Positions 1 to 23,340 of a stretch of 64,000 nucleotides of DNA are shown here, piece by piece (the stretch's first letter is position 1; each line of letters starts with the position of its first letter). Under the pieces are notes generated by a model. That model was not told where the DNA came from. It saw only the letters and a program-made list of their open reading frames with translations, and searched no databases. Source of the DNA: the human T2T-CHM13v2.0 reference genome, Homo sapiens; contig CP086569.2 of NCBI GenBank assembly GCA_009914755.4, positions 18,784,001 through 18,848,000 of the forward strand, given 5' to 3'. The translations under genes were made by a program, and so were the position numbers.

Positions 1-824
1 GTGTCCAGAATTTTAACTTATTAACTAGAACATACACTAAAGTAACCTAAATCTGCACATTCCACACATTAGAACCTGGATATTTCCACCAAAATGATTC
101 CATAATTCACTAATGTGGTGTAACAAGTTTTACTTTAGAGCGATAAAGTTTTCTTTTGTTAACTGGGTAAGAACTAGACATTTATAAAGGAAAAGAAAAT
201 CAAGCGATATCTCACCACCAATTCTAGTCATGTGTTCAGTTTAGGAGAATGATCGTCAGTGGATTTTGTGCCATAAGTATTTATGCTAAAAGATAAGTCT
301 CTTATAATTGTGTGTCTCTGAAGTGTTTGTGCCACTATAAAGTCAAGGGCACCATCTCTGATCGTTCTGTGTCTTTCTGGGAGGGAAGCTAAGGCTGCTT
401 TATATCCCAATAGAGGTATTCTAGGATATAAAAGTAAGAAAAAATCAACATTATTACAGGATTCTCTGTCATAAACATCTAATAAAACACAACTCTGGTC
501 TTATATATAGTAGTAGCCATAGATACATATTAGAGCTTGCAAGAAGAGTCTAGTACCCAACAGTCTGTTTTTATATTTGGGCTTAGGTGTGCCTAAAATA
601 ATCACATTTGGGCAAAGAGGCTGTTTTGTTACTCCTTGTAAAGCTACAGTGCTTAAAAATGATGTGATAATTTAAATACATAGCTTGGACATTTGCAGTT
701 CTGTTTCCAAGCCTTAGCTATGGGTGAAATTGTTTTGGGCTATGAAGATGGATTAGGGCATCTTGCAACTCATGATGCATTTGTTGCCCCTTAGTTCTTG
801 TGTCCTGAGCAGACAGACTGACAA

Positions 825-2450
825 TTAAAACTCATCAATTTTATTTTCAACATACTTTAACATGGATTCTATCCCTTGGGCTGAGCTCCAGATCTTCCTC
901 AGCACCTCACACTCTCTCTCATTGGCCTGTTCCAACTCCAACTTAATATTACAGCGAACGAGGGCCTTACATTCTTCCAGTACAATTGCATTGTATGAGG
1001 CAAGCTCCTTAATTTGAATCATAACCTCTTGGGTGAAAGTTCCAGTCAAAAATACCTGAGAGACCAGGCCTTTGGCGCATGCCTCCCGTGCTGTCAGCTT
1101 TCGCCCAGCAATTAACATTTCATTGGCAGATGCTTTACCCATCATTTTGGGGAATGTAATAGAAGAACAGCCATCTGGACTCTGTCCAAAGGTCGTATAA
1201 GGGGTTTGGAACCAAGCCTTTTCATTAGCCCACACGAGATCACAAAGAGGCAGGATGGATGCACCTAGTCCAATGGCAGGGCCATTGACTGATACAACAA
1301 TAGGCTTTTTAAATTGAATAAAAGTATTCACAAAGTTCTTGATGGTGTCCACCATTTCAAGGCTTGCTGTGTTTCTGTCATTCCTTAAGTGCCTCACAAA
1401 GTACCCAAAATCAAGACCGCAGCAAAAGACACTTCCAGCTGCACTGAACAGCACGAGCTTGCTGTCATCTGCAGCAGCGCTATTCAGAGCATTAACCATT
1501 TCTTTAATTACTTCTGTATTCAGTGCATTTTTTTCTGTCGATCTAGTTGATAGCACTATCTGGGTGAATCCATCCTCTTTCTTCACTACAATGTCTCTGT
1601 ATGTGATGGCACTTTCTGTTAGCCTTATGGTGAAGTGCATCTTCTTGATAAAAGGCTGGCCTCTGCTGTCATCAGTAATATTTCTTTGCCCACCTTTCAC
1701 TCTTGGAACTGAGGTATGCATGTCTGTTGTCCCATTGGCTGCTAATGGGTCTATTAATACCACTATACCCTTTCGGGTAGCTGAACCTGTGGCCATAGAA
1801 GCAGTAACTGAGCCAGACATCTGCGACATTAGTGGGTGCATCTGAGTCTTGTTCTGTATTCCAGTCTGTTCTGCACCAGGATGTGACAAAGGGTCCCGGA
1901 GGAGTTTCCCTTCTGTCACCTTGAAGACCACCGTGTCCTGCTGATCTGCTGCAATAGGGTCCAGTTTCTCAAGTTTCTGAAAGCCACTCACAGTTTTCTT
2001 GTGGTCAAAGGGGCTGTCAGGTGCAAGGGTCTCAATAGTTGAATTTATTATCTCCATATTCTTTGTGTCGGAGAGAGTTGAAGCTGCCTTTCTCCTAACG
2101 TTCTTGCTGGCAGCAAATAACTTGCAGTTTTTGGACCTGTGGTGTTTATCAGTCACTGGAGTTTTAGGAGAGTTCTTAGAATAGTTTGCTTTTGTAGATC
2201 TGGAAGTTCTTCTTCTGGCATTGTTTGAAAAAATTCTACTGGTTGTAGTCCATGTCAGTTTTTTCTGTTTTTCAGTCTGTCGTCTATTAAAATCATGTAC
2301 ACATTTTTCACAGTTCATGAGGTGCTGCTCTGGTTCCCAAGTGTCATCCTGTTTGTCATAACCTTTCCACCGAACCAAATACTGTGTATTCCCATTTTTA
2401 TCCTGTCTTTTGTCAACAATAGCTTCAACCTCAAACTCCTGGGAAGCCAT
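825..2450 (-). CDS. CDY2A: Testis-specific chromodomain protein Y (CDY family), intronless retrogene. N-terminal chromodomain plus C-terminal enoyl-CoA hydratase/crotonase-like domain, 541 aa.
   Basis: The uninterrupted minus-strand ORF 825..2510 contains the canonical CDY N-terminus [44 protein letters not shown]. Its ATG is at 2450..2448 and it runs to ...[11 protein letters not shown] with stop TAA at 827..825. The 541-aa length fits CDY2 better than CDY1 (540 aa, from memory). CDY2A and CDY2B cannot be told apart here, and CDY1 is not strictly excluded. Single exon with no introns, as expected for the CDYL-derived retrogene. Confidence 0.85.
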   Translation of the reverse strand: MASQEFEVEAIVDKRQDKNGNTQYLVRWKGYDKQDDTWEPEQHLMNCEKCVHDFNRRQTEKQKKLTWTTTSRIFSNNARRRTSRSTKANYSKNSPKTPVTDKHHRSKNCKLFAASKNVRRKAASTLSDTKNMEIINSTIETLAPDSPFDHKKTVSGFQKLEKLDPIAADQQDTVVFKVTEGKLLRDPLSHPGAEQTGIQNKTQMHPLMSQMSGSVTASMATGSATRKGIVVLIDPLAANGTTDMHTSVPRVKGGQRNITDDSRGQPFIKKMHFTIRLTESAITYRDIVVKKEDGFTQIVLSTRSTEKNALNTEVIKEMVNALNSAAADDSKLVLFSAAGSVFCCGLDFGYFVRHLRNDRNTASLEMVDTIKNFVNTFIQFKKPIVVSVNGPAIGLGASILPLCDLVWANEKAWFQTPYTTFGQSPDGCSSITFPKMMGKASANEMLIAGRKLTAREACAKGLVSQVFLTGTFTQEVMIQIKELASYNAIVLEECKALVRCNIKLELEQANERECEVLRKIWSSAQGIESMLKYVENKIDEF

Positions 2451-2760
2451 GAGGAAAGACACGGGATTGGAACAGTTGCTGTGCCACCTTTGTTTCAGTT
2501 GCGTCTCCACATAGACACTTCTTTCTGCCTCCAGCTCTTCACCAGGTTCTGTGTATGGATGAACCTCTTCTATTTGGTCACCACTGGTGTAGTGAAAATT
2601 GTGCGAAATAGCAGCTATGCCATGTGCCTGAACCTCTCCACACTTACTGCCTGGTGGGACAGCTTGGGCTTTGTCTCATGGTGCATGACAGCTTGCTCAG
2701 TAGCCTCAGGTGAGAGTAGCTAAATCCACAGCCCCAACCCTCTGGTGTAGTACAGAAAGC
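2451..2760 (-). other. Putative CDY 5' leader. The 5' boundary of the retrocopy abuts the poly(A) of an old L1 3' end.
   Basis: Sequence between the CDY ATG and the A-rich terminus of an L1 3'-end fragment (about 2780-3050, minus). The same leader is present in the tandem pseudogene copy (6195-6560) but absent after the homologous L1 3' end of the right inverted arm (58125). Includes an in-frame upstream ATG at 2510. Confidence 0.35.
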
Positions 2761-2779
2761 TTTCTTCCTGCCTGTTACT

Positions 2780-3050
2780 CTTTTGTGTTTCTTTGTTTAA
2801 TTGTGGTTGCTATGACGATTATATGGAACATTCTAATGTTATAACATTTTTAAAGTTACACTAGCTTACCTTCAGTAACATACAAAGCCTTTACTCCTGT
2901 ATAATGTACCTCCATTATTTCACTTACTGAGTTCTCAAAATTATACCTTTATTGATTTTATGTCAAAAACACAAATTAGTGGTAGTTTTTTTATTAAATA
3001 TATTTGTGTTTTAAGTTGTGTGGAGAACAAATTGTGGAGGTGCACATTGT
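2780..3050 (-). mobile_element. Old L1 3'-end fragment immediately upstream of CDY.
   Basis: Revcomp resembles the mammalian L1 3' terminus (...gtgtaactttaaaaatg... then an A-rich end). Homologous fragments at 6600-6850 and 57520-58120. Confidence 0.45.
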
Positions 3051-3060
3051 TAATTGTTCG

Positions 3061-3382
3061 TTTTGTTTTGTTTTGTTTTGTTCTGTTTTGTTTTGTTTTG
3101 AGATGGAGTCTCGCCCTGTCAACGAGGCTGGAGTGCAGTGGTGCGATCTTGGCTCACTACAAGCTCCGCCTCCCGGATTCACGCCATTCTCCTGTCTCAG
3201 CCTCCCGAGTAGCTGAGACTACAGGCACCTGCCACCTGGCCCGGCGAATTTTTTTTTGTATTTTTAGTAGAGACGGGGTTTCACCGTGTTAGCCAGGAGT
3301 GTCTCGATCTCCTGACCTCGTGATCCACGCACCTCAGCCTCCCAAAATGCTGGGATTACAGGCGTGAGCCACTGCGCCCGGC
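3061..3382 (-). mobile_element. Alu (AluS/Y-like), full length, inserted in the CDY 5' flank about 600 bp upstream of the ATG.
   Basis: T-rich (GTTTT)n tail then gagatggagtctcgccc...cactgcgcccggcc. Absent from duplication copy 2 at the homologous site (about 6860). Confidence 0.9.
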
Positions 3383-4425
3383 CAAATTTTTTATCTTACA
3401 TATTTGTTCATGTATTTATCTTTACCTTAATCTTTGCTTGTTCATACTGCTTTTGAGTGTCTGTCCATTCTACCCTGAAGTACTCCATAAGACATTTCTT
3501 AAAGGGTAGTCTACTTGTAAAAGGTGCCAGTTTGTATATGGGAATGTCATAATTTGTCCCTCACCTTTGATGGACAGTTTGGTGGATCATAATGTTTAGG
3601 CTTGACAGTTTTTTCTGACATCACTTGCAATATATTAGGCTACTGCTTTCCATCGTTTTAGTTTTCAGATAAGAAATCTACTGCTTTTCAGTGGTTATTC
3701 AGATAAGCGATCCACTGGTTATTTTTAGGGTCCCTTTTACATGACTAGCTACTTCCCCTGCTTCCCTTGAAAATCCTCAAGATTCTCTTTGTATTTATTT
3801 TAGACAGTTTAATTATCAGGTAAGTTTGAGTTTGTTTCTTTGAGTTTTTGTTACTTGGAGTCTGTTGAGCTCCTTGGGTGCTTACTTATTGTCTTAAATT
3901 GTTGCATTCTTTATGACTATGTTGTTAAATAGTATCCATGATTTTTTGTCTCTTCCTTGGAACTTCCAAAATGCGTATGTATGGCTGCTTGATGGTGTCC
4001 CTCAGGTTTCTAGGCTGTATAAATCTGCCTTGCCCCTTTTCAGACTCCATTGGTGACCACTATATGGTTGACTGACCCCAAGGGTGTGTATCACAGTGTG
4101 GGGACAGTGTGTCAGTTGGTCTCGCAAGGCTGATGCGTCCCAGAGCTCAATTCCCAGACTTCAATCATTGCAGTCTCATTAGTGCACTACGATCTAGAAA
4201 TCTCTAATTGTGAGGTATCACACAGAGTTCTTTGTCTCATGGCCAAGAAAATTCAGGAGGATGGATGCAAAAAGGTTGAATCAAAACTTTTATAAGTGAA
4301 AGTAAAAAACTCTTCACAGTGAGGGGTGAAATGTGAGTGGTTTACCTACTATGAGGCTGTGCTTTACGGTTTCTAAGGGCAGAGAAGTAAAGAAATGTGC
4401 TTAGTGTTCTTGGAGTAGGCGTTAT

Positions 4426-4590
4426 TTGGCTTGGCCCTGAAACTTGGCCTTGGATTCATCTGGAGCTGAAGTGATGATTTGTAGAAGCTACAAGGCTCAG
4501 CCTTGGAACTTGGCCCTGGACCAAGAAGGAGCTGAAGTGACAGCTTGGCCTGAGACCTTGGCCTGGGATCAATCAAGGGATGAAGTAATG
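4426..4590. repeat. Short tandem repeat of an about 55-70 bp unit (about 3 imperfect copies) at the 5' breakpoint of duplication copy 2.
   Basis: The motif cttggcc..ggagctgaagtga recurs three times. Confidence 0.4.
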
Positions 4591-4654
4591 TCTCATGGCC
4601 ACAATAATTAAGGAGGCTGGATGATGCAAAGTTCAAGTAGGAACTAAAGTAACA

Positions 4655-6560
4655 CAACAGCCATCTGGACTCTGTCCAGATGTCATATAAGGGGTTTGAA
4701 ACCAAGGCTTTTCATTAGCTCAGAAGAAATCACAAAGAGGCAGTGTGGATGCACCTATTCCAAAGGATGGGCCACTGACTGATACAAAAACAGGCTTTTA
4801 AAATTGATTGAAAGTATTCACAAAGTTCTTGATGGTGTTCACCATCTCAAGGCTTGTTCTGTTTCTGTCCTTCCTTAAATACTTCAGAAAGTACCCCAAA
4901 TCGAGACCACAGCAAAAGACACTTCCAGCTGCACTGAACAGCACAAGCTTGCTGCCACCCACAGCAGCCCTATTCAGAGCATTAACCATTGCTTTAATTA
5001 CTTCTATATTCAGTACATTTTTTATGTTGATCTAGTTTATAGGCACATCTGGGTGAATCTGTCCTCTTTCTTCACTGCAATATCTCTGTATGTGCTGGCA
5101 CTTTCTGCTAGGCCTATGATGAGGTACATCTTCTGGATAAAAAGCTGGTCTCTGCCACCGTCAGTAACATTTCTTTGCCCAACTTTCACTCTTGCAACTA
5201 ATGTATGCACATCTGTTTTTCCATTGGCTGCCGATTGGCCCATTAATACCCCTATACCTTTTTTGGTAGCTGAGTCTGCAGCCATGGAAGCCGTAACTGA
5301 GCCAGACCTCTGAGAAAATAGTGGTTGAATCTGGGTCTTGCTCTCTATTCCACAATGTCCTGCCCTGGGATCTGATAAAGCCCTGATGATCTTCCCTTCC
5401 TCCTCCTTGAAGACCACTGTATCCTGCTGATCTGCTGCAATAGGGTCCAGATTCTAGAGTTCCTGAATGCCACTCACTGTGTTCTTGTTGTTAAAAGGGT
5501 TGTAAGGGGCAAGTGTCTTTCTTGATAGTTGAACACAGTAGCTCCATATTCTTTGGGTCGGACAGAGGTGACCCTGGATTACTGCTAACATTCTGGCTGG
5601 CAGAACATAACTGGCTGCTTTTGAATTTGTGGTGTTGGCCAGACACTAGCGTTTTAGGAGTATTCTTAGAAAAGTTGGGCTTGGTAGATGTAGAAGTTCA
5701 TCTTCTGGTATTGTTTGAAAAAGTTCTAGTTGTTCTGGTCCATGCCACTTTTTTACTTTTTCTGTTTTTCAGTCTGTCATCTGTTAAAGTAATATATATA
5801 TTTTTGACCGGTGCTGCTCTGGTTCCCAAGTGTCATACCGTTTCTTCTTAACCTTTGCAACACCAAAAATTTTTGTTGTTGTTGTTGTTTTGTTTTGTTT
5901 TTTTTTTTAGACAAAGTCTTGAGCTATCACCCAGGCAGGAGTACAGTGGCACAATTGCACAATCTCGGCTCACTGCAACCTCCACCTCCTGGGTTCATGC
6001 GATTCTCCTGCCTCAGCCTCCCGGGTAGCTGAGATTACAGGGGCCTGCCACCACGCCTGGCTAACTTTATGATTTTTAGTAGAAAGAGGTTTTCACTGTA
6101 TTAGCCAGAATGGTCTCCATCTCCTGAACTCGTAATCTGCCCGCCTCAGCCTTGCAAAGTGCTGGGATTACAGGCATGAGCCACTGTGCCTGGCCTCTGT
6201 CTTTCCATTTTTGTCTCATCTTTTGTCAACAATAGTTTCAACCTCAAACTCCTGGAAAGCCAGGAAGAAAGACACAGGATTGGAGCCATTGCTGTGCCAA
6301 ATTTTTTCCATTTGCGTCTCCACATAGCCACTTCTTTCTGCCTCCAGTTCTTTACCAGGTTCTGCGTATGGATGAGCCTATTCTATTTCATCACCACTGA
6401 CGTAGTGAAAATTGTTTGAAATAGCAGCTATGCTATGGGCTTTAGGCTCTCCACAATTATGCCCTGGTGGGACAGCTTGGGCTTTGTCTCATGGTGCATG
6501 ATAGCTGGCTTAGTAGCCTCAAGTGAGAGTAGCTAAATCCACATCTCTTACTCTCTGGTG
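4655..6560 (-). pseudogene. CDY-like processed pseudogene copy. 3'-truncated (lacks the region equivalent to CDS 825-1160), diverged, and interrupted by an Alu.
   Basis: Minus-strand ORF fragments align to CDY at roughly 80% identity, e.g. [60 protein letters not shown] (4798..4989). Nucleotide homology 4655-5040 matches 1160-1560, and 6195-6560 matches 2400-2750. Multiple frameshifts and stops. Alu inserted at 5871-6195 inside the chromodomain-equivalent region. Confidence 0.75.
5871..6195 (-). mobile_element. Alu (AluS-like) inserted into the CDY pseudogene copy.
   Basis: T-rich tail, ...gcctcagcctcccgggtagctgagattacagg...gagccactgtgcctggcc. Absent from copy 1. Confidence 0.9.
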
Positions 6561-6599
6561 TAGTACAGAAAGCTTTCTACCTGTCTGTTACTCTTTTTC

Positions 6600-6850
6600 T
6601 TTTTTAATTGTCATTGATACTGTGATTACATTGAATATTCTAAAGGTATTCCACTTTTAAAGTTATACTAGCTGACTTTCAATAACACACAAATCCCTTA
6701 ACCCTGTATAACTGCACCCCCATGATTTCCTTATTGAGTTCTCAAAATCATACCTTTATGCACTGTATGTCAAAAACGCAAGTTAGTGATAGTATTTTTA
6801 TTAAATATATTTGTGTTTTAAATTGCATGGGAAACACATTGTGGAGGTGT
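6600..6850 (-). mobile_element. Old L1 3'-end fragment (duplicate of 2780-3050). Marks the outer end of the left inverted arm.
   Basis: Revcomp ...agtcagctagtataactttaaaagtggaata...tcaatgacaattaaaaaagaaaaag resembles the L1 3' terminus plus poly(A). Confidence 0.5.
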
Positions 6851-7554
6851 ACACTGATATTCTTTATGTTTTATAATAGCTTATATATTTATCTTTACCT
6901 TAATATATATCCATTCATACTGCTCCTTATTATCTGTTCATTTTACCGTGAAGTATCCCATAAGGCATTTTTTAAAAAGATAGTCTACTGGTAAAATGTC
7001 CCAGCTTTTATCTGGAAATGTCATAATTTCTCCCTCACTTATAAGGGACAATGTTTTGAACATAAGATATCTGTTCAAAAGTTTTTTCTCACATCATTTG
7101 GAATATGTTAATCTATTGCTTTCTGTCCTCTGAGTTTTCAGATAAGATATCTGCTGATTATTTTTGAGGGTTACTAGCCAGTAACATAACTAGCCACTTC
7201 TTTTGTTGCTTTCAGGATTTTCTCTGTCTTTCTTTTGAAGAGTTTAATTATCATATAATTTGAGTTTGTTTATTTGAGTTTCTCTTACTTGGAGTTTGTT
7301 GCCTTTGACATTCTTTAACATTATTGTTTCTAAATAGTCTTCCTGATTCTTTTTCTCATCCTTTGAACTTCCAGTATGCGTAATATGGCTGCTTGATAGT
7401 GTTCCATGGCATTTTAGGCTTTATTCCCATTGCTTTATACTTTTTCTATCATGTCCTAACTTAATTATGTCAACACCCTTTCTTTGGTTTGCTGATAGTT
7501 TGTTCTTCCCCCAGCTCAAGTCTGCTTTTAAATATCTGTAGTGAATATTTTTTT

Positions 7555-8020
7555 CTTTTTATCCCTAGATTTTTTTAGGTTTCAAAATAATTTTACTTTT
7601 TTATTAATTTTTGTTCATATTTTTTTTGTAGTTCTTTTGTTTCTTCTATTAGCTTATTCTGAAACTTAATTTTAAATATTATGTTTCTGTAAGACCACCA
7701 TTTGGGCTGTCTAAAAAAAGTTTCAGACCATAATTTTTTTTTACTTCTTAAAATGAGCCATACTTCTCTGCTTCGCTGTGTGGTTTATCTCTAGACTTTT
7801 TTAGGTTTTAAAATAATTTTACTCTTTTGATTAATAATTTTTGTCCGTAAGTGTTTGTGCTTCTTTTGTTCATTCTATTAGCTTATTATGTAGCTAATTT
7901 TAAATATTATATTTTAGTAAGGCTGCCATTTGGGCTGTCAAAAAAAGCTTATTTTTTCATAATTATTTTGTAGTTGTTATTAAAATGAGCCATACTTGTC
8001 TATTTCACTCTGTGGTTTGT
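7555..8020. repeat. Local tandem duplication, 2 x about 235 bp.
   Basis: 7555-7790 and 7790-8020 are near-duplicates (atccctagatttttttaggtttcaaaataattttac...). Single copy at the homologous right-arm site (about 56000-56230). Confidence 0.6.
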
Positions 8021-8227
8021 GATTTTGCTGGTGCTGAAAAAGAGCATTTAAATTTTAAAGTGCTGTGACTTTGAAAATAAGATTTTCTACTTCTATGGTT
8101 TGGTAGAGTTTTGTTTACTCATTATATAGGCTCTTTCTCTCCTGTAAATCAGCTGTACTGAGCTTCGTCTTGGGTCTCTTTTGAGGCACATTGTTTTGAG
8201 GCACATATCGTTAAAACCACAATTCAT

Positions 8228-8230
8228 TAC

Positions 8231-8272
<42 letters not shown>
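8228..8272. repeat. (GT)n microsatellite, about 22 units.
   Basis: Direct read. Absent at the homologous right-arm position (about 55340). Confidence 0.95.
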
Positions 8273-8275
<3 letters not shown>

Positions 8276-10758
8276 ATTAATTTTGAATGTTTTAGTCTAC
8301 AAATGTCTTAAGAGAAAAAGAAGAACAATCAGGAAAAAATATTTTCACTTTTTAAATCTATTGAAAGTTGGTTGCACAGAGGGACAAAGAGCCTGCATAA
8401 TATTTGGGGAATATAATAATGACTATTCACCTCTGTCGGGACCTCCATAAGCAGAAGCAGCAATCGGCAAATGAGTCCTCCTGAGATTTGGAGGACAGGG
8501 TCCTTTTTGTTTGCCATGGCTCTTGTAAGCTGCTCCAGAAATATTTGCAAGGCAGCATCCCACAGTGGTGGTTATTAAAGAATAAGTAGCTGCTGTTGAT
8601 CTGTGCTACAAAATTGATAAAATTTAATTTTTATTTACTTTACAAATCTTTTTTTGGAAGCTGTAAACCTTCAGGTAGACTCGGAATTCTATAGTAATTG
8701 CATCATAGTAATCCTGCCACTGCACCCATTGTATAGTTGAAGGGACAGATATACAGTGATCCCTTGTACATTGCAGAACTTTCCCAGAATCTAGTATTAT
8801 TTTACTTCGACCTATTTGTCTTTGCACCTGAAGTATGCCTTGCATAGAAGTCACAAAAGTGACTCCTTCGTTTAAGGGTACACTTGCAACAATGTGTGCC
8901 TTTTTAAGCAAGAGCTCACATTTACAGTTCTTACAAGTAAAATATTACATACTCTGACATGGACTTACATGTTTTCCATATGCGCTTTCTCTTGCTTGAT
9001 CCTCAATTTCTTTTTTGCTCATTTAAAAAATCTGGATAATTTTTAAAAACTGCTGTTGTATTTTTCATATTACAATTTGATGTACTTGGGATTTCAATTA
9101 TTATTGAAAACTTAAAATAGCCTACTATGAAGAATACTAACTTGTGTGAATAATTTAATGTTTAAGGTCAGCAGTATAAAAATATGCTGCTCTTGTAGTT
9201 TTCCATCCTTCTCAATTTATATTACTTTCTCTGATTTTATCTGTGCACACAGTATTTTTTGTACTCAGCAACTTAAATGTTTGTGACCAATTCCTGGCAT
9301 TTCCGACCGAGAGTGACTTCTGAGTTAGGCAAAGGAGAAATAAATGTTTATTTTATCAAATTTTCATATATCCTCTAGAAAGACTGGGAAAAAAAAACAC
9401 AATAATTTAGCACATAAGGGTTTCTTTGCTTTTATGAGAAGCAGGAATCAGGTCCTCATTTTGACAATGGGGATTTCAATTCTGTAGGCTTCATCTGTGC
9501 CTAGGAGGTGATATGAAAATCCTTAAAGAAAAAAAAACTTCACCATTTTATAATTGTCTTTCTGGATTAAATGTTTACTTGGTTTATATAAACTATTGAT
9601 TTTCAGGGTCCAGACTGTTTTTGATGGTTTGAAACTTTTTTTTTTTTTTTTGGAATGGTTTGAAACTGCCATCCCTGCCGTTTTACTTTTATTTTTATCT
9701 GCGAAGCACTGAGTGTTTTCTAATTTCAGAGTTTATTGTTATTTATGAGGTTTATGTTTTGTCTCTTGTTTAAAACACTTAAAGTGAATGTTACATTTCC
9801 AATTTGCAATCCCCGGTGTTAGGTTTTTGTTTTAGTGGTCATTTTATAAAGTTTTTGTTTTTTTATTAAGTGAAATTATCAATTTTGTATAAAATGTATG
9901 AGGTAAGATTCTCTGTTATAAAGTACATTTTGGTTTTTGTAAAACAAACATACAATAAGTGGCTTACAAAGTGACTTTCAAATAATTGTCTAAAGAAAAT
10001 AATAAGAAAATAATGTAAGCATGCAGCAAGATCAATAAGTACAATGATTCCTGGTGGAAGGCTGTATAAATTGTTTTTAAAAAGCCAGCTCCCTGTGGCT
10101 GCAGCAGGCTGTAGAAGGGGGAAAATTATAGAGGATGAGCTCATAGAGGTAACAGACAGTCCATGTGATTTTCTAGGGTTTTTATAGGTCTTCAGATTTT
10201 ACTTTAGACTTCACCCTAACCCTGGTTTGTGACTCAAAGTAGAATTGGTAAGGTTGTTACTAGCATCTATTGCTGAGAGGTTAGAAATGCTGCTAAATAT
10301 CCTAAAATCTTGAGTCTCAGGCACCTTTGAGAAGTTAACAGTGTTGAAATATCTCTCGAGAAAATTATTTTTAAAAGCTCACATTTAGAACTCTTTGATG
10401 TTATATTTTGAAGATTTCTTAACTCCAAGTTTGGTTTCCGTATAGCAGAAGGATTTGAAAAAGTGTACATAAGTTCCATTGATTCAACTTAGGGTAAACA
10501 TTAGTAAAGTAAGGTCAGTTCAGTTAATCAATGATTAGAAACTAAATGATATATTTCTTATTTCTCTGCTTTTCCTTCCAATTGCTTTTTCAATATTTTT
10601 GTAAAACATGAGTGTGAAAAAATAAAACCCTAGTCAGCCTCTGTTTTGGAGGTACCAAGGGAGAAATCTCAATGAATGGTATTTGGGATGGAGCTAATCT
10701 TTCATACAGTTGAAAGGCATAAATAATACACGTGCATACAGGTGCATTGGCACACTAT

Positions 10759-10853
10759 ATTATGGATACACATTGTGCGTTCAGAAAGCACAATGTGTAT
10801 CCATAATACAGTCATGAATGATCCTAGTCATAATATAGTCATGAATGATCCTG
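10759..10853. repeat. Perfect 20-bp inverted repeat (hairpin) with a 9-bp spacer, followed by a direct 16-bp repeat.
   Basis: attatggatacacattgtgc / gcacaatgtgtatccataat at 10759-10778 and 10788-10807. agtcatgaatgatcct occurs twice (10810-10825, 10838-10853). Confidence 0.8.
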
Positions 10854-12149
10854 GGATATTACAATAAGCAAGTCAAATGGAAACAAAGTTTGCAAGGATT
10901 ATAGCTGGGGTTATAGGATTTTCAATTTTGCTAAAGTTGTTTAGTAGAACCAATATTCAAGTATCTCCTACTTTTAAAAAAATTATTTGATAGAAGTTTG
11001 CATAGTGGACAGCTTTGATCAGAATTATTAGTTCTTTGCCAACGTAATAAAAGTATGCATTCACAAAAAATGCATATTAGACAATAAGAGAAAATAAAAA
11101 TCAATGAATGAGGAAACTGATGTAATAGGAACAATTTCTGAAAATGTTAAGATAAATCCAAAAGGAGGTGAATTTCTACAGTGGAAAATCTTTCTCATTT
11201 CAATCAAAAATTTGTTTCAGAACATTAGCAAGTAGCAGCAACATGGTAATTATCCAGATTTACACCGTTTCCTTAGTTCCTACTTAGCGCCTGAGATGTA
11301 GGCTCTGTTGCTGATGCTAGGGCCTTCTCCATGAGGCAGAACTCCTACCCATATAGGGCTTGCTTTTTCTCCAAGGTTAATAAAATGCCATTGAACACCT
11401 AAAAGGAAACGGCAAGTTTATTTTTTTTTTTGCTTAATATACTAAGGGAGAGCTCTGCTGTTTAGACACATTCTTGGAACAATGCAGAGATTGTGAAATT
11501 GAGGCATTAACAGACATTAAGTTGTGCACAGAAGCTGGCATTATTTGTAGAAACAAAGTTGTTCAGCTAAAATTTGTAGTGAAAGAGGAATATTTATTGA
11601 AATCTGTGACTGACCTGATTTTTCAAAGTGCTGGCACTGTTTTATTATTATTAGTGTTACTATCACTATTATTACCTGTAACAGCTTTTTCACTAAGGAA
11701 GTTAAGCTTTATAGATCACTTAAATTTAAACCTGAATTTGATGGGTACATTTTACAATGATTGCAGAACCACTATTTACTAAATATTTCTGAAAGTCTAA
11801 ATTGTCATTCTCTAAGAAGACATAATACACCTTTGTTTTTAAAGAAATGAAGAGTATTTACTAATTGGTAACCGTTTGTTAAATAATTACTCTGATATAT
11901 GTTCAAGAGCCTTGTAAGTAAGTAAATAGGAAAATAAGTACTTTAAAGGTTTTTTTTTTTTTTTTTTTTTTAACATAGATGCATATGGACCACTGAAGCA
12001 CATACGCACATGTGTATTGTGTATATATGTCAGGATTTTTTTTATGGAATTAGTTTATGGCATCACCATCAAACAAGCTGACTTATTAAAAGAAGGTTTA
12101 TAGTTTTAATATTTATTCAAATAATGTTTTTTGATTGTATCCTAGGGAT

Positions 12150-23340
<11,191 letters not shown>

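Larger units (their letters stand above)
4655..7450. repeat. Copy 2 of an old direct (tandem) segmental duplication. Copy 1 is about 1160-4060.
   Basis: By-eye alignment of blocks: 1160-1560 with 4655-5040, 2290-2750 with 5770-6560, 2750-3060 with 6560-6860, and 3400-4050 with 6880-7450, at roughly 80-85% identity. Copy 1 has a private Alu (3061-3382) and copy 2 a private Alu (5871-6195). Confidence 0.7.

Noticed and set aside
825-845. AATAAA (minus strand) overlapping the CDY stop codon as the gene's poly(A) signal
   Set aside because: It would give an essentially zero-length 3'UTR. The real polyadenylation site is presumably further downstream (at coordinates below 825), and I could not pin it down.
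1339-2723. Plus-strand ORFs antisense to CDY (1339..1845, 1999..2184, 2295..2723)
   Set aside because: They overlap the well-supported minus-strand CDY CDS or leader, have no homology I recognise, and are ordinary antisense open frames.
2960-3292. ORFs 2960..3292 (+), 2994..3182 (-), 3004..3216 (+), and the similar ones at 5811..6032, 36291..36584, 43114..43359, 45226..45492, 55626..55886
   Set aside because: They lie entirely inside Alu elements; these are the classic Alu-derived spurious ORFs.
8329-8550. ORF 8329..8550 (-) and its look-alike 55043..55282 (+) (…LEQL..A.A.KKD..LQISGGL..RLL…NSH…) as a conserved gene pair
   Set aside because: Explained by the inverted-repeat arms; they are the same non-coding segment in the two arms. 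No recognisable protein family, and frames are not conserved beyond this stretch.
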